Below are positions 58,987 through 64,000 of a DNA stretch of 64,000 bases, piece by piece (position 1 is the first letter of the stretch; every line of letters begins with the position of its first letter). The position numbers and the translations under genes are program-made. The notes below the pieces were generated by a model, which had not been told where the DNA came from, searched no databases, and worked only from the letters and a program-made list of their open reading frames with translations. The stretch is from Alphaproteobacteria bacterium. GTDB taxonomy: Bacteria; Pseudomonadota; Alphaproteobacteria; UBA2966. Where the stretch lies: the NCBI GenBank assembly GCA_964291395.2, contig OZ219856.1, positions 2,572,439 to 2,636,438 of the forward strand, read 5' to 3'.

Positions 58987-59961
58987 TCACATCAGCCCGT
59001 GCTCGCGGAAGTACCGCTCCGCGCCTTCGTGCAGAGGCGCGGACAGCCCTTCGCTCGTCATGAATTCGGGACGCAGCGGCCCGAACACGGGGTGCATCCG
59101 CTTGAATGCGTCGAGATTGTCGAACACGGCCCCGACGACGGCATACACCGTTTCGGCATCGACATCGGCGGAGGTCATCAACGTCGCCTTGACGCCGAAC
59201 GTCTCGACGGACTCGGGATTTCCGGGATACGTCCCCCCGGATATCCGCGCGTGCGCGTAGTACGGGTTTTCCGTCACGAGCCTGTCGATCTCCGGTCCCG
59301 TCACCTCGACGATCACGGAGTCGCAGAGTCTCGCAGCCCGGGCGACCGAGTCGTCGGGATGCCCGACCGTGTAGACCACGACCTGCACGCGCCCGTGACA
59401 CAGTGCCAGGGACTGCTGGGATGCCGGCAACTCCGTGACCAACTGGAAGGCGTCCTTGGACCAGCCTTTCGCGTCCATGACGGCTTCCATCGTCGCACGC
59501 TGGCCCGAGCCCGGGTTTCCGATATTCACCCGCTTCCCGGGAAGATCGTCGAGCGTGATGACGTTCGAGTCGCGCCGGGCGACGACGGTGAAGGGCTCCG
59601 AATGAACGGAGAAAACGGCGCGCAGGTGTCCGAGATCGATACCGACGAATTCGAACGGGCCGCTCTTGTTACTGGCATGGAATTGAACGTCGGATTGGAC
59701 GATTCCGAATTCCACGGCCGCGTTCGCCAACTCCGCGACGTTGTCGAAAGAACCCTCGGACTCCAAAGCCCGGCAGCCGATACCAGAGATCGCGCGTTCC
59801 ACGATCCGGCAGATCGCTCGGCCCACCTGGAAGTAAACGCCCGTCTTGCTGCCCGTCCCGATGAACAGATCGGCCGCCCACGCGGTCTCGGTCGGAGCGG
59901 AAAGGGTCATTGCGGCCGCGCAAGCCACACCCACGGCGGTATTGGCCCGTTTCGCCGCCAT
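58987..59961 (-). CDS. TAXI-family solute receptor (copy 2)
   Basis: [32 protein letters not shown]. Confidence 0.92.
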   Translation of the reverse strand: MAAKRANTAVGVACAAAMTLSAPTETAWAADLFIGTGSKTGVYFQVGRAICRIVERAISGIGCRALESEGSFDNVAELANAAVEFGIVQSDVQFHASNKSGPFEFVGIDLGHLRAVFSVHSEPFTVVARRDSNVITLDDLPGKRVNIGNPGSGQRATMEAVMDAKGWSKDAFQLVTELPASQQSLALCHGRVQVVVYTVGHPDDSVARAARLCDSVIVEVTGPEIDRLVTENPYYAHARISGGTYPGNPESVETFGVKATLMTSADVDAETVYAVVGAVFDNLDAFKRMHPVFGPLRPEFMTSEGLSAPLHEGAERYFREHGLM

Positions 59962-60173
59962 CACCAGCCTCCCATGTCGAGCACCGGCCGGCATCGCCGA
60001 CGCGCACCAAGTGCCCTGCGTCTTCAGCGACGCCGGCCGGCTCAATTTCGGGGACCGGCGGGAAATTGCCGGTCCACCGGCAACCACATTGGGGGACCAA
60101 AAAACCACGCGGGGGAAAACCACTCCACGAACCGTCGTCGGGACGTCTCCGGACGTCCCGACGCAAAGCGCGG

Positions 60174-61154
60174 CTACATCAGGCCGGCTTCCTTGTAGTA
60201 CTTCGCCGCGCCGTCGTGGATGGGCGCGGAGAGGCCGTCCTTGACCATCTGGGCCTTCTGAAGATGCCTGAAGGCGGGATGAAGCTTGCGGAAGTCGTCG
60301 AAGTTTTCGAACACGGCCTTGACGACCTCGTACACCACGTCGGCGGACGCCGCGGTCGACGACACGAAGGTGGCGCCGACGCCGAAGGTCTGAACGTCAC
60401 TGTCGGAGCCGCGATACATCCCGCCCGGAATGGTCGCCGTCCGGTAGTAGTCGTTGTCCATTACGAGCTTGCCGATCGCGTCGCCCTTGACCGACACGAG
60501 AACACTGTCGCACGACGTCGTGGCTTCCTTGATCGACCCCGAGGGGTGCCCGACCGTAAAGACCATGGCGTCGATCTTGTTGTCGCACAGCGCCTTGGAC
60601 TGCTCCGCCGACTTCAGCTCGGAGGCGAGCGCGAAAGTGCCCTTGTCCCATCCCAGGGCGGCCATCACGACCTCCATGGTGCCGCGCTGGCCCGAACCCG
60701 GGTTGCCGATGTTCACGCGCTTACCCTCGAGGTCCATGAAATCCATGATGCCGGAGTCGGCGCGGGCAACCACCGTGAACGGCTCGGGATGGACGGAGAA
60801 GACGGCCCTCAACTCCTTGAACGGGCCGGCATCCTTGAACTTGCTGGTGCCGTGGTAGGCGTGATACTGCCAGTCCGACTGCGCCACACCCATGTCGAGC
60901 TCACCGGCGCGGATGGTGTTGAGGTTGTAGACCGAGCCGCCCGTGCTCTCCACCGAGCAGCGGATTCCGTGCTGCTTGCGGCCCTTGTTGACGAGACGGC
61001 AGATCGCCCCGCCCGTGGGGTAGTACACACCTGTCACGCCCCCGGTGCCGATCGTAATGAATTTCTGTTGTGCCTCCGCCACCGGAGCCTCGGCCGCCAC
61101 GAAGGCGCCCGCGGCCAGAGCGACGGCGGCTGCAGTCAATGCGATACGCTTCAT
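60174..61154 (-). CDS. TAXI-family solute receptor (copy 1)
   Basis: [34 protein letters not shown]. Confidence 0.93.
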   Translation of the reverse strand: MKRIALTAAAVALAAGAFVAAEAPVAEAQQKFITIGTGGVTGVYYPTGGAICRLVNKGRKQHGIRCSVESTGGSVYNLNTIRAGELDMGVAQSDWQYHAYHGTSKFKDAGPFKELRAVFSVHPEPFTVVARADSGIMDFMDLEGKRVNIGNPGSGQRGTMEVVMAALGWDKGTFALASELKSAEQSKALCDNKIDAMVFTVGHPSGSIKEATTSCDSVLVSVKGDAIGKLVMDNDYYRTATIPGGMYRGSDSDVQTFGVGATFVSSTAASADVVYEVVKAVFENFDDFRKLHPAFRHLQKAQMVKDGLSAPIHDGAAKYYKEAGLM

Positions 61155-61310
61155 TTCTCACAATCCTCCATCTCGAAGTTCGTGTCACGACGTTGTCCGG
61201 CCTCCTCGGCAAGATCCGATGCCCGAAAATCACCGGAGCGCACGACGGCAGGACGTGACACGGATCTCCCTGCCGCCGCAAGTCGAATTCTCTCGAAGCT
61301 GTCGATTCCC

Positions 61311-62678
61311 TCATCGTGACGCCCCTGCCGCCCGAGCGACCGGTTGGGCGTCCATGCCCTCGAACACGTCGCTGAATGCCGCCTCGAGGCGGCTCGCGAT
61401 TTCTCGTACATCGTCCTCGTCGACGATGAAGGGCGGTGCCAGCAATACATGGTCCCCCCGCTGTCCGTCGGCGGTTCCGCCCGACGGATAGCAGATCAGG
61501 CCACGCGCGAAGGCGGCGCTCTTGATTTGTGCGTTGAGGCGCAACGCCGGGTCGAACGGCTCTTTCGTGGTCCGGTCGGCGACGAGCTCGAGCGCGCGAA
61601 ACAGCCCACGCCCCCTGATCTCACCGACGTGCGGATGATTTCCGAACGCATCGCGCAGCGCCTGGTCCAGCACCTCCCCCTGGCGCCTCACGTTGGTCAG
61701 CAAATCCCGCTCGATTACCGCCCGTTGCACGGCCAACGCGGCCGCACACGCCGTGGCGTGGCCCATGTACGTGTGTCCATGCTGAAAGTATCCGGTACCC
61801 GCGCCGATCCCACGGTAGATCGCGTCCGACGCGAGCACCGCCCCGATGGGTTGGTATCCGGCGCCGAGCCCCTTGGCGACGACAACCAGATCCGGCGTGA
61901 TTCCTTCCTGTTCACAGGCGAAAAGAGTCCCGGTCCGGCCCATGCCCGACATCACCTCGTCGAGGATGAGCAGGACGCCGTGGCGATCGCATATTTCACG
62001 GATCCGGGTGAAATAGCCGGGCACTGCCGTGGCCGCCCCGATGGTAGAACCGACGACGGTCTCGGCGACGAATCCGATGACGGTGTCCGCTCCCAACTCC
62101 AGAATCGCCGATTCGAGCTCGTCCGCGACCCGGAAACCATAAGCCTCTTCGGTTTCGCCCTCGTTCCGGCCGCGGTAGGCGTAGCAGGGAGAGATATGCG
62201 CCACATCGAGGAGAAGCGGTTCGTAAGGCGCCCTGCGCATGGCGTTGCCGCCGACGGACAGAGCGCCGAGCGTGTTCCCGTGATAGCTCTGCCGTCGGGC
62301 AATGAAACGAGTGCGCCGCGATTCACCGATATCCACGCAGTACTGACGGGCAAGCTTGAGCGCGGTGTCCATGGCTTCCGAGCCGCCGCTGACGAAGTAG
62401 ACGCGTTCGAGGCCGGAAGGCGAAACCTCGCTCAGCAGATCGGCGAGGTCTTCCTGGGCGCGCGTCGTGAAGAATGCCGTGTGTACATAGGCGAGCGACT
62501 CGACCTGATCGAGGATCGCCTGGCGGACACTTGAATCCGAATGCCCCATGACCGATACGGCGGCACCGCCCGAGGCGTCGATATACCGGTTCCCCGCGTC
62601 ATCGATGATGTGAACGCCCTCGCCCCGCACGGCGACCGGAGGGCTCACCCGAATGTCGCGATAGAATACGCGGGTCAT
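61311..62678 (-). CDS. Class III PLP aminotransferase
   Basis: DASGGAAV, SGGSEA, SYHG, DEVMSGMGRTG, AKGL, HGHTY. Confidence 0.92.
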   Translation of the reverse strand: MTRVFYRDIRVSPPVAVRGEGVHIIDDAGNRYIDASGGAAVSVMGHSDSSVRQAILDQVESLAYVHTAFFTTRAQEDLADLLSEVSPSGLERVYFVSGGSEAMDTALKLARQYCVDIGESRRTRFIARRQSYHGNTLGALSVGGNAMRRAPYEPLLLDVAHISPCYAYRGRNEGETEEAYGFRVADELESAILELGADTVIGFVAETVVGSTIGAATAVPGYFTRIREICDRHGVLLILDEVMSGMGRTGTLFACEQEGITPDLVVVAKGLGAGYQPIGAVLASDAIYRGIGAGTGYFQHGHTYMGHATACAAALAVQRAVIERDLLTNVRRQGEVLDQALRDAFGNHPHVGEIRGRGLFRALELVADRTTKEPFDPALRLNAQIKSAAFARGLICYPSGGTADGQRGDHVLLAPPFIVDEDDVREIASRLEAAFSDVFEGMDAQPVARAAGASR

Positions 62679-62926
62679 GGCAGTTCCGGCCAACCTCGAT
62701 CTCGCGGCAACCGTCGCTGCGCACGGGTCTCGAACAGGTCCAGGTGATCCTCCCCGGTCGCCGGAAAGCCGCGGTTGGGTATCGAAAGACTAGATGCGCT
62801 TTATCCTGTACGCAACAAATGATCCGGAATCAAGGTACTGTCCTAAGCAGGGGAACTACGTACCTATCTTGAATTGGGGATCACTGCCAGGCCCACACAC
62901 CGGTATTGGATGTCCGATCCGGGGTG

Positions 62927-63139
62927 TCAGGAGTCCCGCAGAATTTCCGGCAGATCCGGGGCGCCATGAAGCACGCGTACGATCAGCGGCGGATCACGGT
63001 CCGGCGTGTAAACGACAACACAGGGGTAGCCGCGGATCGGAAGAAAGCGGATCGGCGGAGACGCCAGATGCGGTTTCGAGGCGCCGGTCCGCGGATGCTC
63101 GCCGATGACGGCCGCCAGCTTGTCCAGAGCCATGCGGAA
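62927..63139 (-). pseudogene. ParE/RelE-family toxin remnant, 5'-truncated, no antitoxin
   Basis: IGEHPRTG...IRFLPIRGYPCVVVY...IVRVLHGAPDL. Confidence 0.75.
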
Positions 63140-63142
63140 GCT

Positions 63143-63187
63143 GGTCGCCTGGGTATCTTCACTCCGATGTATTTCTTCCTCGCTCGG
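63143..63187 (+). pseudogene. Inverted 3' fragment of a second sterol methyltransferase homolog
   Basis: Plus strand reads GRLGIFTPMYFFLAR versus GRTGIFTPLYCFLAR in the adjacent minus-strand gene. Confidence 0.8.
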
Positions 63188-64000
63188 GTTTGCGGGCCAG
63201 GAAACAGTAGAGCGGCGTGAATATGCCCGTCCTGCCACCCGCGACATACGCGTCGGCCGTTCGATCCATCAATTGGACGACGGAGGTCGAACCCTTGGGG
63301 AAGACCCGGAACGCTTCGGCCAGCCGAAGGCCGGCGATCATTGCCTTGCGGCCCCACGGCGTCCTGCGAAACGCATTGCGCAATGTCCCGTCCTGTCCTT
63401 CCATGGGTCGATACCAGGGCGTGCCCGCGCCATCCCCGATGTCCCTGTCTGCAGCCTCGACAATGTGGAAGCCGGCGGCCTCGAGCGCGCGCTCTACTTC
63501 TCGAAACGTGGCGATGTTCTTGAGGGCGATTCCCAGCATGAGCTCGTCCCTGATGGCACGGTGACGACCGTTGTCCAGATCGAAGCTTTCCGTCAGGCAC
63601 ATCTCCTGGCCCCAGAACAGCGCTCCCGGCTTGAGTACGCGGAGGATCTCCGCAAACGCGCGCTCCTTGTCCGGCGCGTGACACGTTGACTCGATCGCGT
63701 AACCCGCGTCGAACGAGTCGGCTTCAATGGCGCTCATGTCCATGAAATTGCATTTGACGTACTCTGCCATGTGATCGAGGCCCGCCTCGACGTTCCTCCG
63801 CCTCGCCTTTTCCAACTGCTGTTCGTTGTTGTTGATGCAGACAACCGTGGCTCCCGACTCGCGGGCGACCCGCCGCATGGGACCGCCCACACCGCAGCCA
63901 ACGTCGATGACCCTCATCCCCTCCCGCAGCTCCAGCTGTTCGATCATCATGCGCTGATGCCGGACGATGGATTCCTCCACTGTTTCCCCGGGCGTCAACG
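63159..64000 (-). CDS. Sterol C24-methyltransferase-like enzyme (ERG6/SMT family), 5' truncated by window edge
   Basis: ESIVRHQ, IDVGCGVGGP, INNNEQQ, YAIESTCHAP, VLKPG, PWY, GIFTPLY...ARKP. Confidence 0.85.
   Translation of the reverse strand, partial: LTPGETVEESIVRHQRMMIEQLELREGMRVIDVGCGVGGPMRRVARESGATVVCINNNEQQLEKARRRNVEAGLDHMAEYVKCNFMDMSAIEADSFDAGYAIESTCHAPDKERAFAEILRVLKPGALFWGQEMCLTESFDLDNGRHRAIRDELMLGIALKNIATFREVERALEAAGFHIVEAADRDIGDGAGTPWYRPMEGQDGTLRNAFRRTPWGRKAMIAGLRLAEAFRVFPKGSTSVVQLMDRTADAYVAGGRTGIFTPLYCFLARKPERGRNTSE

Noticed and set aside
1-64000. tRNA, rRNA, riboswitch, CRISPR array, integron attC sites
   Set aside because: None recognised by eye; Infernal, tRNAscan and IntegronFinder runs would be needed to exclude them

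Overview
High-GC bacterial chromosomal window, probably alphaproteobacterial (inferred from TAXI-TRAP, cytochrome c2, SorAB-like and ABC gene content). It is a mosaic of transport and catabolic genes with six type II toxin-antitoxin loci (two intact vapBC; higBA, hipBA, dinJ-yafQ and parE with broken toxins) and one IS256 element with a 9-bp target duplication. The best candidate for an undescribed system is a four-gene, translationally coupled operon at 28448-33478: SAM methyltransferase, amino-acid binding protein fused to a permease, a second permease, and a membrane HAMP-PP2C phosphatase. Both permeases have lost the EAA ATPase-coupling loop and no ATPase is encoded in the operon. It is flanked by a divergent binding protein and a convergent RsbW-like kinase, suggesting an ABC transporter repurposed as a receptor for a partner-switching cascade. 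Other highlights are a eukaryote-like sterol C24-methyltransferase with an inverted fragment of a second diverged copy at its 3' end, a double-trypsin/PDZ/TPR protease tail-to-tail with a subtilase, and several collapsed gene remnants (amt, tauD, methyltransferase) next to accessory modules. No rRNA, tRNA or CRISPR array was seen. All calls come from motif recognition by eye; no searches were run.
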